A DNA stretch of 64,000 bases, from the NCBI GenBank assembly GCA_030141605.1, contig JAQGDQ010000039.1, positions 496,001 to 560,000 on the forward strand. The letters run 5' to 3'. Positions 12,401-24,300 of this stretch are shown here, piece by piece. The notes under the pieces are model-generated. The model saw only the letters and a program-made list of their open reading frames with translations, had not been told where the DNA came from and did no database searches. Each line of letters opens with the position of its first letter. Positions within the stretch are counted from its first letter, which is position 1. This DNA is from Tubiluchus corallicola (taxonomy: Eukaryota; Animalia; Priapulida). The translations under genes were made by a program, and so were the position numbers.

Positions 12401-15400
12401 AAGTCAAATGTTACTGCTTCTCCACTACAGTCCAGGTATATTCTGCAATCCAGTGCTCATTGCGTTTAATCATAAAAATGCATGATATACTATGGGATAA
12501 CTGAGGCTGGGTTATCTTATAGGCTAGTATAGGCTACAGCCTAGGTCCTGTCAAGCTTTGGTAACATTTGGTAAAAAATCTGGTTTTTCGCTATGACTGT
12601 GGAAACGTGGTTATTTGGTTTGTAATAAGTAGTAAAATAGGGATACTGATTTCTATAACTATGTAATAGAGTAATTTTTCTTTAGGTAATTTTATGATTT
12701 TTGTGGTTGTTCTGCAAATAACTTCATGATATCTTTTTTGTTTTAATTAATTTATGGTTCACATTGCAATTTGGCAGTTTCAGAAAAATCAACAACAAAA
12801 AATTAATAAACTAGTCTGTAATGCAAAGTATTGGGTCCTGCCAAACTGTCTGGATATATTATTTAGAATTACCATTTAACGTTGTCATAGAATTCCTTTC
12901 GCGTGTTTTTTATTTAGAATGTCATTTAGCCTTACCATAAAAAATCCCTTTTATAATAAAAATTTAGAATAAAAATTTACTCTGTTATGATGCTGTTATA
13001 TAAAAACTGATTAAAAATTTATTACGTCTTCAACGAGTTTTCGAATGAGACTGGTTTTATGACAAAGCAGATCTGCAAAAGAGATGAGAAAGCGACTAAC
13101 CCGTAAATGCAAAAAGAAAAATTGTGTATTTTTGGTTAATTATATCAATTTTTGTCATTAAGAATAATTTTCTTGTTATGCAGAAGAATATCAGCGGTGA
13201 TTTTTTAAATTTTTTATTTGCTTCCCAAATGTAGCTTTCTTTCTAATTATATAATCCTGATTATTTCATGTCATCCATTACTTCCTTTTTTAGCCTCTCT
13301 TGTCCCTTTTATTTTTCTGCACGATTTGATTCTTAATAATAATAACAGAATTATTACATAATAATATATAATTAGTAATAATATTAATTAATTAGTAATA
13401 GTTAGTAATTCATTTGAGTATAATTTGTCCTTATCATGAGACAAGATAATAAAGAATGCTTAACGTTTTACTATTAGTAATGTTTAATTAATAAATTTTT
13501 CCCAGACAGTTCACACATAAATAACTTTTTTAGGATGCTGCAAGAACCTCAGCTTACACAGACCAACCCCATACAATCACATACCTTACCAGTTACAGCA
13601 AAACCAAGTGTGATCACTGGACCACAGTTAGCTACAGTACAGCAAGCTTCTGGTATAAGACAACCATCTCTACTAACCGAAGGTATATTTCATACAATGT
13701 TATATTTTTTGGCTGCTTTTCAGTAATCCTTGGTTTATGTAATGGATCAAAAGTATTGAGTCAATTACGCTGAGTTATTTGGGTCAATTACCAGCAAATT
13801 TATATACATTTGAATAAAATCGGCCCGTACTAGGCACTTTTGAGTCAAATAGGCGATTGATTCTATTAACCATGAGTCTAATAAACTGCGCCTACTATAG
13901 TGAATACTCTTTCGGTTCTCAGAGCAGTTTACTGAATTGCCTGCATCCCACATGGTTTTTGAAAGCTTTCTGTGTATGTCAGTTTGATGCATCTTACATC
14001 TGTTTGTAATAAAATTTAAAAAAAAATTAAAAAAAGTCTTTTTCACGTTCACACAGGTATTCCAACCAACACAGTTCAAGATTTAAATACAGCCGTGATG
14101 ATGCAACCTTTGGCACCCCGCCCTGCTGCCTATCCTGCCCAGGCATTTTACCCACGAATCTCGCCATACAGGTCTGCATATGCGGCTGCCTTGCCTGCTT
14201 CGATACCTCTCTATGCTTCAGAATCTTTGCACTATCCAGTAAGGGGATACCAAGTAGAAGAAGTTGCTTATCCGATTGCTGGTCAGCCATTAGGTATTGA
14301 TCCAGTACAAAATGCTGCTATCATGAAAAACAAGGTAAAGTGGTAATTGATAAGATATTTTGTGATTATAATTACATAACAAAGGAATGGTTCCTAACCT
14401 ATTGAAGGTAACAGATAATAATAACACGCCAATAAATGCACGAAAGCATTACTAAATTATAAAGCCTAAAAAAATTTTGTTCCTCCACTGGGACTCAAAG
14501 CCAGGCTTTCTGCTTTGCAGTCACTACACCACAATGACTTTTCAAACTTAGAAATTTTCTCTATCAGCTACTAGAGGTCTTTCAAATGGGGTTTTCTCTC
14601 TCTCGTGGAAACAAGTCTCTTTCCTGTTTAGAACAGAAAAAGGAAACTGTGAGGACAGGTCAAGCTAAGGTTGTAGTTAACATGGAACAATTTGTGTTAA
14701 ATAATTTCACAAATGTGTTAATTTTTTGTGCTATTGTCGTGGTTTTTCACTTTCCTTCCACCGTACACAGAAGTACATTTCCTCTCCCATATGTCGTCTG
14801 TTTTAATTTTACAAATAATTGGTGAATAGTCTAATGCTGGATGATGAGACTGGAGTGAGGTGAAGTAAATTGTTCAGGTGAAAAGATTGATCATGTATGC
14901 AAGTTGAGCTGATTAGATAAGGCAACATAAGGTATACATGGTATATTTATGTTACAGCTATGTGTGCTAACAAATTATATAGATCTTCTTTTTCCAGGAA
15001 TGTGGGCCTATATATTTGGGAATCAATAACCCATATAATGTCTAAAATAAAATTTACATTGCATAACTGATCATCTGTGTCATCGTTTATTAAATTACCG
15101 ATAATGGAATAAGTTCAGTAATTCTACATCTTGCTGATCAAGGGAATGCTGTAAATTGTGCCTTGTACAAATAGATTTTAAACTAAAACCCATTGATGAC
15201 CGAGCAGAGGTCTTGGGTTCAACTTCAGACTGAGTCATACCAAAGATTTAAAAAATGGTACCGCTGGTTCTTCGACCAAGCACGCTGGTTATTGAAGTAA
15301 CATGCTGGTAATAGTAATTGGGACCACCTTGAAAATTAATATTGAGTTACTTAGTATTATTAGCATAAATAGCTAGGATGTCTGTTTCAGTTTGTATTTA

Positions 15401-18400
15401 GTTTGGTTATGGAAAAGATGCCTTGTTCTAAATTGTCTTTTATGCAATGACGCAGTGTCATAACTTAACATAACTAAACTGGTTTCTTCTTTTTAGCAAA
15501 TTAATTTGGTGGCTTTGAAACAGAGACGGGAAGAGCTGATTCACCAGCTGAGTCAGTGTCAGCAGCAGTTGAGTGGTCAAGCTTTATTGGAGTCAGGTTC
15601 AGTTCAGCAGGCTGCACACAAACATGATGGTTCTATGCCACAACAACAGCATGTACTGGATGCGTCAGATACAACAGTGCAACAGCGCATGGCTCACTAT
15701 CCAGGCATAAGAGCAGAAGCAGTAGTACCGGAGCTTAAATATAAAACTGCATACGTCAGTGGTGCTAAAGGAGTTGTACCTGCTTACAAAAAGTTTGTAT
15801 ATTTGGACACAATAAGACTCTGATGACAAAAAAATGAACTTAGCCCATATTTGATAGTTCAGAATAAGCCTTTTCACAGTTCCAACAATTGATGATGATC
15901 TTGAATATGTCAAAGGTTAAGTGTACCAGACAACACATTTGTGTACACTTGACAATGCCACCCAGCCCATGCTATTGTAATATTAACAATTTTAACAGCT
16001 AGTTAGAATCATGCCTAGTTTATTTTTTCTTGCTTTCCAAGTAAGATCCTGCTAGTAAATCACAGACTAATCCATAATTAAATAAAGTCCATGTAAAACA
16101 ACTGAAGTTTACTGAGCTGATGCAGTATACAACTTTGCTTTACCCACATATCATGTGAAGGCTGTAGTTAAGACATGTTGCTGTAGTTCATTTAATCTTT
16201 GACCTACAACAACTGCACGTGCGAACAGGGAATGTGTGAAAAGGTTTATTTAAAATACTGTTTTTGCAACAAAAATTTGAGCTGTTCTATTGTCTTTATA
16301 AGGAAATTGCTGAGTTGTCACCGTGCGTGTTAAACGACCAAAGTTAAGCAACATTTGTTTTGTCTGCCACATCACCATTTGTTATTTATTTTGGTTGGAA
16401 ACGTCTGAAGTGTGAATGTGGTTGAGTGACATCTGTCACTTCAGGGACTCAGCTTACAGCAGCATTATTGGTAAAGTAGATCTGGTCTGATGAGGTAGAT
16501 CCAGTCTTGATGAGGCAGATCCAGTCCTGATATAAGCCTACAACCATCAATGTAATAAGTAGGCCCTTCACTTATCTTCTGGGTAGTGTGTTGATATGTA
16601 ACTGTAGGAAGAGGTAAACAATACAGTTGAATTTTAGATTTTAACGAAGTTAACTCTAATGTGGGTTTTGTGACAAACAGGTTATCAGCCTTGTTTTTTA
16701 TCATCATCACTGGGATTGATTATTTTGTTGCTTGATGATGCAAAATCAACTTGCAATGAATTGTTGGCTTGTTTTGTGCATGGACTGATTAACACTAATT
16801 TCAACACCCTGTTGTAATTGCATTGTTATTGTATGCCTCGTATTGTGTCTTATTGTAAAGTTGAATAATAGTATAAATAAACATAACAATTCTGTTTTAA
16901 AAGTACTGTCACTTCTTAACAAATGTATATCTAATACGAGCATTAGTCAAAACATAAATTGTATAAATAAACAAAAGTTTTTAGGTTATACTACTGTGGA
17001 TTACTTAGCACATGAACTATTTTGGACACTTCAGAATGAGAACCATATTCCTGGTTTTAATAACAGTGAAATAGAAATTATGTTACGTAACCTTTTATCA
17101 GCTTAACCTGTTCATGCCGTAAGCTTACTATTATGACTTCAACTGCTAACATCCATGTAAATATCATTATAAGCTCAAGGTATTACTAATTAAATGTATG
17201 ATAATTGCTACTCATAAAAATTATAATGTGAATAAAGATGATATATGTAAGCCTGAATACTGAAGTTATGATTCCAAGTTTGTTGTTTTTTTCGCAGAAG
17301 CCATTTATAGCTGAAGGATCATTTACAACAACAAACCACGAGTTGATGATCAGTAAAGATTACATATTACTGTTTGTTTATTCATCACCACTACTATTTC
17401 TATTCATCGTTAAAGAGTTTGTTAGTTGATAGTGGCAGAAACAAAATGTTTAATTGCTTAAAACACAATTTTAAGTCAGTTGTTCTTTTTTCCTGTAGTT
17501 CAAAAGACGAGTTTATACCATGGAGTGAAACGGCTGTTGTGTCGAGGTTTGGCCCCATTTCTCGTAGCAAAACCCTTACAACACTTGTAAACACTGCTCC
17601 TGTTCAGGTATGAAATAAAAGATTGTGACTTAAAATTAGGTGTTTGTCTTCATAAAGTCAAAGACATTGAGCTGGGTGTGAACAAAATTTAAGACAGTAT
17701 GCATCGTTTGATCAGTAATTGCATAGTATTAAAACTGTTTTCAAAATACTTAAATAATGTAGGCCTATATTTAAAACACAGACATTTGACTGACATTATA
17801 AATATCTGATACATGAATAGATAAATATTAGAAGAAAATAGTCAATTGATAGCAAGTTTGACAGGCAGTATTAAGAAAAAAACTCATGATCTTGATAGTG
17901 TATCAGCTGTTGTGCAACAATTTGATCAATTTGCTTTTTTACACTGTCCCTGTAATGCCCTTTCTTGGTTTAATAAAAAAACCTTATAACTATTTAACTG
18001 AATATTTTCTATAATTTAAAAAAAAGATTACAAGATGGCTGAGTTGTTAACAAGTAACAATTGCTTTAACTTATTGCAGTGTGATGCTCTACAAGGTCAT
18101 CGTGTCACAGTTGCTTCTGCACAGAGCTTGCCTCGTCCTAGTTTAGCATCCATAGGACCTGTCTATATAGGTGAACAAACGGTACCAGGTGAGCAAAACA
18201 ACTGATCGTCTTATATTCTGTCATGCTGTTTTGACAAGCTTAGAAAATTTTGTAGTCCATAAAAAAATGAGAAATTATCTGCGGGTTAGCGACACTGTTC
18301 TGGATTGGTTTGATAGGTTGCTTTCAAGTTTTTGATTAGTTCTGGCATCTCGGTTGGCTATATCTGGCATCCTGCATGATAAAATAACATAGTGTTGGAT

Positions 18401-20242
18401 GTGTGCGGACAATATATTACGCTTGCATAATTTCGTAATTAAGTGCAAAAAGATTTCTTTCTGAAGGACAAATATTTATTCTTTGTGCTTCTATGTACCA
18501 CACAGAATTGTTTTTTATGCAGTTGCAATGGCTAGACCTGACCTTACCACTGTTCCTCAACCAAGTGGCTATTACCAACCTCAGGCAGCATACTTTGAAC
18601 CTGGAAATCTTCCCTATCAGATCTCTACAATCTACATGAAAGTACCCGTGGTGCAAGGTCTACCCGTACAGCAGAATGATTTTCAACTAATAAAAGATGC
18701 GTAAGTTAATGCAACAATATGGATTGACATTATTTAAACATGTCAAAATATTTGCCACAAAATGATTATCTTTTCAATGAGAAGCTGATGTTGTCACTAC
18801 ACACAATGTTGCATTTTTACAAGCACGTTATTTAACAACATGCCGTAAGCTAAATTAATGAACCTTGTAGGCTTGATGTTGTGTATTTAGTTTCTGTTTT
18901 CTGACTTTGTCAATTTAATTTGAGCTGGCATCCCCTACATTATAAAAACTTTCCAGGAGAGTATTGGAGGTTGCCGAGCCACTTCGTAGTCATGAAGCAG
19001 AACAGCAAAAGGTTGGTTATCAAAAAGTAATTATCGGACAATATTAGCTTTAATAACTGCTTAATTTGTTCTTGTGTATACCTTACAGAGATTAATTTTT
19101 TATATTTCTTTAAAAACTGAGTGGAAAATAGGGGTGAGCGTAGAACGTTCGAATTCTGTTCTGAGCATAAGAGTGTATTTAGTTCGAATTCGATTCGAAC
19201 CTAAAATTATAGGTTTGAATAATTCAGCAATTCAACCACATGCATTCTTTATCACTGAAATGTTTGAAACATCGGGCAATTGCCACAATTTAGCTGCGAT
19301 TTCCGTGCACAGTTATTAATGGTTTTACAGCAAAACAAAATTGTGCAATATGCATGATCTTTGTAAGACTGTTTTTTCTAGTGGTTCAAAAACTTGTTCA
19401 AAAATATTTCAAAATCAATTCGGACTCAAAATGCTGAAATTCGATTCAATTCGAATTCGAAGGTTACAAATTCGATTCGATCCAAATTCGCTTTCTGGTA
19501 GAGAATGCTCATCCCTAGTAGAAATTGTGGTACAAACAGACATGTGAATAAGTTAAACTTGTTTCTTGTAGGTTAGTAATGCAGAGCAAGCAGCAGACCA
19601 ACTTGCAAAGGAACTGCAAGCTATTGAGATCGGCATTCAATCTGCAGAACAAGACATTATTGTAAGTTTTACATTATTTTGTAATGTTTTTTCTGCATGT
19701 GCAAACTGAAGCCGTCTAGTAAAGTTGATGAAAGAACTGTTTTAGAACCTTTTGTGTGATTCTGCCATGAGTTCATGCTGTCAGAAGTCAAACCCTTGCT
19801 CAGTCAGCTATTTGTTTGCTTGGAATTGCATGCTATTCATATTCTTCATCAGTACTGTGCCATCATCTTCAGTGTAATCAACGCTCAAACTTCTTCACTG
19901 CCATCGTCACCATCACACCTTCATAACCATTATTACAGTTATTATTATACAGAAATCTTTTCATTAGAGTTGTTTGCCATCCTTCACTGCAATGACGTAG
20001 TCTAGTGGTAACGCGCCCGCTTCCGGTTAGTTCGATACTGAGGCTGGTCATACCAAAGGCTTTAAAAAAATGGTACCAGCAGTTGCCCAGCCTGGTGTGT
20101 GGTATTTCGGGTAAAAGTTGAATAATAATGTTCTCTGTTATGTAGATGTAGTTTGTTAGTCATAGTCGGCAAAAAAAGCCTCATGGCAGAATTGTGCTGC
20201 CTGTTGAATTTAAAGCCATCTTTAAATAAAGATTATTATTAC

Positions 20243-20276
<34 letters not shown>

Positions 20277-21372
20277 GCAAAAGTTTTATTAATTATTTGT
20301 ACTATAACTTTAATGTCCAGATTATTATTAGTAATGCTAACCTACCTTGTTTAAAAGGATAGATTTCAATGTTCAATTAGTATTGGTTGGTACCGTCATT
20401 AAGGGGCAAGAAAAGGGAATTTTGAAGTTTTTTACAACGTTACTGCTAAAAACAGCCCCACAAGCTATAAGAAAGCATGTAAATAATAGGAAATTTCAAG
20501 ACAAATGTTTTAAGCTATATTTATAAAGAGCATTTTTTCTCCTTTAACAATAATCTTGTGTTCTGTACTATAACTTTAATGTCCAGATTATTATTAGTAA
20601 TGCTAACCTACCTTGTTTAAAAGGATAGATTTCAATGTTCAATTAGTATTGGTTGGTACCGTCATTAAGGGGCAAGAAAAGGGAATTTTGAAGTTTTTTA
20701 CAACGTTACTGCTAAAAACAGCCCCACAAGCTATAAGAAAGCATGTAAATAATAGGAAATTTCAAGACAAATGTTTTAAGCTATATTTATAAAGAGCATT
20801 TTTTCTCCTTTAACAATAATCTTGTGTTCTGATTTTCAAAGTTAGGTTGAAAAATTCAGTTAATTGTGGGTTTGTGTCATGAACACAGACTTTATTAGTT
20901 TATGTCTGTTTTAATAATTATTGCTACGGAACGAGTTTATAATTCCTCACACTATTTAAATGCCCTAACCCTAAACATAACCTAACCCTAACTCTAATCT
21001 TAATCCGCTTTACGAACTACTTTCCTGTGTGTGGGGAACTATAAGTTTTAGCCCACTGCTACTTCTAAATTGATGGTTGTATCGTTTTATATATAATTTT
21101 ATGTACTTCAAATTTGTCCTTTAATACTATAATATATATTATAATATATTATTATCTTGGATGTTCTGTTCCTCCATTCTACCTAATTGTAATGTATACT
21201 GATGATTACAGTATTTTAACTGGCAAAACGTGATAGGTTGTGGGTAACTTAGCAACTATCGTGGTAAATTTCACTGCGAGAGAAACCATTCGGAGCACTT
21301 ATTAGTTAAATAATCTCCTTATTTTGTTTTTTTAAGCAACAAGAGAGAAATTACTCCTTGTGGCAAGGTTAA
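6470..21372 (+). CDS. RC3H1: Roquin (RC3H1/RC3H2 family): RING + ROQ + CCCH zinc-finger RNA-binding E3 ligase, ~918 aa
   Basis: Frame-consistent GT-AG exons: 6470-6564, 7195-7433, 8857-9087, 9571-9746, 10745-10945, 11381-11513, 11601-11835, 12289-12435, 13534-13682, 14057-14334, 15497-15792, 17499-17607, 18080-18188, 18523-18700, 18957-19011, 19572-19661, 21337-21372. Motifs: [17 protein letters not shown]; RING ending CPFD; ROQ ([45 protein letters not shown]); [24 protein letters not shown]; [18 protein letters not shown]; C-terminal coiled coil. C-terminal exons are less certain. Confidence 0.95.
15195..15300 (+). mobile_element. tRNA-derived SINE fragment
   Basis: B-box-like GGGTTCAAC followed by GTCATACCAAAGATTTAAAAAATGGTACC, shared with the copy at ~19994. 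Confidence 0.55.
19129..19517. mobile_element. hAT-type MITE in Roquin intron
   Basis: TIRs TAGGGGTGAGC / GCTCATCCCTA; degenerate 8-bp TSD gtggaaaa/gtagaaat; internal ATTCG repeats. A related left end occurs at ~36778. Confidence 0.75.
19994..20120 (+). mobile_element. tRNA-derived SINE fragment
   Basis: A-box-like TAGTCTAGTGG, B-box-like GTTCGATAC, then GTCATACCAAAGGCTTTAAAAAAATGGTACC. Confidence 0.6.
20233..20275. repeat. (TAT)n microsatellite
   Basis: Run of tat/tac triplets (poly-Tyr in the spurious ORF 20153-20362). Confidence 0.9.
20298..20831. repeat. Tandem duplication, 2 x 266 bp
   Basis: tgtactataactttaatgtcc...aatcttgtgttctg recurs at offset 266; identical by eye. Confidence 0.92.
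20937..21044. mobile_element. Small inverted-repeat element enclosing degenerate (CCCTAA)n
   Basis: ttataattcctcacac (20937-20952) vs gtgtggggaactataa (21029-21044), 14/16 complementary; ccctaaccctaa...cctaaccctaactctaa between them. Confidence 0.55.
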
Positions 21373-21755
21373 CGGAGGCACTTTCTTCAAGGTCGTTGTC
21401 ATTGAAAGTCAAAATGCAAGTTACCACTTGGGCAACTGCTTCATCACTTATTTTATAAATAAGTGTATAACTACATTAAGGGCTTATAATAATTTAATGT
21501 TTATGTTGTAAACAATTATCAAGTTCCGTAAATTGTAGTTTTTATGTTTTATTTACGTATTAATATGCAGGCTTCCAAGAAGTGTAAGCATGGAAACAGA
21601 TTATATGCATTGCAAAATATTTTGCTTTTAATAAATTGTACAGTATAAATGTGCTTATTAGCCTAAAAGAGTGCTAAATTTTGCAAATTTCTAAACTGAA
21701 ATTAAATTTATTTCAATTTGTTTTTTGTGAATATCGGGAATGTAGGTGTTCATAA

Positions 21756-22293
21756 AACCAAGGTTTCATGGAGCCACGACTTTTTTGCAATAATCGAGAA
21801 GACTTAACGTTTGTGCATATGTTTGTAGCATATTTGGTGACTTCTGCAACACATGTGCAAAATGTTGTACAAAGGCAAATGTTGCACGTCCCTCGCGCGA
21901 GTGTATTGCAATAATTTAATGTCAGTTCCACGAAATTTTTGCAGTAAGAAGTGCGGTATAACCGAGGTTCATAAAAAAGTCGCTAAAATGTCGAAAAATG
22001 TCGCAAAGTCATCACAACATTCTCAAAAGCATCACAAAATGTTTGCCAAGATGTCGCAGATTGTGAAATTTTGCAAACGTTAGGCGACAAATGTGCGAAT
22101 GGTTCGCGCATGTTATGACAACTTTACAACAGTTTGACGAAGCTTTGGTGAGATAGCGAGTTTTGCAATTCCAGTGACAAACTTTAAACATTTAATTTTT
22201 TTCTGAAGCTGATGACAATTTGGCGGCAACGGCAAACACCCACGAATATTTTCAGATAGTCGCGGAAGTCGTGAACCCAATGAAAGCTTGGTT
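21756..22293. mobile_element. PIF/Harbinger-like MITE downstream of the Roquin stop codon
   Basis: Imperfect ~27-bp TIRs aaccaaggtttcatggagccacgactt / aagtcgtgaacccaatgaaagcttggtt with TAA on both sides. Confidence 0.7.
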
Positions 22294-22979
22294 TAAGCTT
22301 GAAATAATGTGTATAAACTATTATTTTGTGGGTACCAACCTAAATGCCCAATATTTAAATTAGTAACGATGATTCTACCTATTTATAAAAATTCTTATAT
22401 TATTAACCTGTCAAGATCATTCTAGATTTTAAGCTAAAAGAAGCTTTGCTGGAATAAGGCCAACAGCTGCTCAACTATACTAAATCTGTGGCTAGCGTCA
22501 ATTTTAGCCAAAGGACAGTACTCTTAAAGATATTACATTAATGTTATGTATCATGATAGTTCTCTTGGCAACATAAATACTTGACATTTAGGTAAGATAC
22601 TGTGTACATTAAATCAACTTAGTAATTAGTGTGCAATAGCACACTTTTTCTAATGAATTTTATTTAGTGAATTTTATTATCTAAAATTTAGATAACAATG
22701 TAGCTAGCTGTGTTATTTACAGACATATTACTATGTGATTCACTAATGCATGTGGGAGGAATACTACACTATAATATATGATATGATTTTACATAACGTT
22801 GTTTTGTAAAGTATTGGGTTATTTGTTACAAAACATTATTTTGGAAGATATCTGTATCATAAATATCAAAATGTATGTTGCATAGTCAATAGCTTTTAAT
22901 AGGTACGTTTTTGTGTAAAAAGGAATGAAACTGTGGGATTTGTCACTTAATAATTTACATTTACTACTATTATACATAG

Positions 22980-22992
22980 ACTTCTGTGAAGT
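22980..22992 (+). promoter_or_regulatory. Candidate constitutive decay element (CDE) stem-loop in the putative Roquin 3'UTR
   Basis: ACTTC-TGT-GAAGT: 5-bp stem with UGU triloop, matching the UUCYRYGAA CDE core. Confidence 0.5.
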
Positions 22993-23859
22993 ACAAAATA
23001 TGAAAAATGGGTTAGGTGCTGCAGACTTTGTGAATTGTGATGTGTGCGCAGCCACCCATAAAGGGCATTTTTGATGAAAGAGGCTAGCAAACTTTTTAAG
23101 CTTCTAATTTTCTAATGTTCTAATTCTCGGTTTGACCTTGAAGATCAACGTTTTTCAAACCTGTCCATTGAAACACAATAACCTGTTCGTGAACTATATA
23201 GTCTTGTGTAATATTAAAATTTAAAATGCATAATGTTTTATAAAGAGAATGTCTTTTTGATTATAATTACTTTTGTCATTTGCACAAACAATCACACAAA
23301 AGTCAGAAAAGTTTTCTTTTGTTTCATACATACTTGACATTATAAAGATCGTAGACATCATACCAAAAACTGCAATTAGCACTTTTATTTTTGGGCTACT
23401 TCCTTGGGAAGTATCTATAAAGATGTTCGTTTCACCGTGATGTTGTTTTCGTTCCCGTTCATGTATTAAGTTTTTATCAGTTTCTATCATTGTAATGTCA
23501 CTATAAAGTACTCCATATTGTATGAAGAAACGGATCGTTTAGACTATTCTTAAAGATGCACTTTACTGCGATAGACAATTTATTTCATTTTTATACAGTT
23601 TGTATTTCAAAAGATACATGATAGCTGTAAGATGCGACCTTATGCCGTAAGCCTATAATCACCAAAAAGTCACCATGCAGTGCGGGAACGGCACGCGTAG
23701 TGCATGTGCGCTCTGAAAATACTGCGAATATAGTGGGCACTCAGCAAATACTGGGAATAGGCTGAACTGAGTTTATTTCCTCTTCTCATCGCAGCAGCAA
23801 AAAGATCATACAAATTTCGCTTGACTGCCACCCTTAAAACCCTAAAAATACTATATTTA

Positions 23860-24300
23860 ACATCATATTCCCGTCTCTGAATCATACAGCTCTATTATCG
23901 TCCACATGGAAACTTATCCCAAACTATGTATCAGAATAATTATGAGAATGAATCAATGACAATAAATCAGAAAGTCAAAAACCTGAACAAAATTATAAAA
24001 GCGGGATATGAAAATCTATTTTTAGTGATGATGATGATTTATAATGATGATAGGAAAAAGGGAGGCCGTAACAAGCTCAGATTTTACAGAGGGTAAAATG
24101 TAAATACAAAATGGAGCGTTACCTAAAAATTATTAAGGATAAAAATCATAGACAAGCTATCATTAAACTCCGAGTGAGTGATCATGATTTGGAAATCGAA
24201 GTACTCATTATACCAAAATACCAGAACAAAAACGATTATTGTGCAAACTCCTCCCCGAAAAAAAACATGAAATAGAAGATGAAGTAAGCTTCACAGTTAA
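23860..24300 (+). mobile_element. LINE 3'-end remnant (L2/Crack/Daphne-like)
   Basis: Frameshifted pieces ERYLKII, IKNHRQAIIKLRVSDHDLEIE, PEQKRL, EIEDE typical of non-LTR ORF2 C-termini. Confidence 0.6.

Noticed and set aside
16476-16530. CTGATGAG / TGATGA...CTGA motifs suggesting a hammerhead ribozyme or C/D snoRNA
   Set aside because: It is a ~20-nt tandem repeat (tgatgaggyagatccagtcy); no stem II plus GAAA for a hammerhead and too short for a C/D snoRNA.
20960-21005. Telomerase RNA template CTAACCCTAAC
   Set aside because: Embedded in degenerate repeats inside an IR-bounded intronic element; no pseudoknot or H/ACA evidence.
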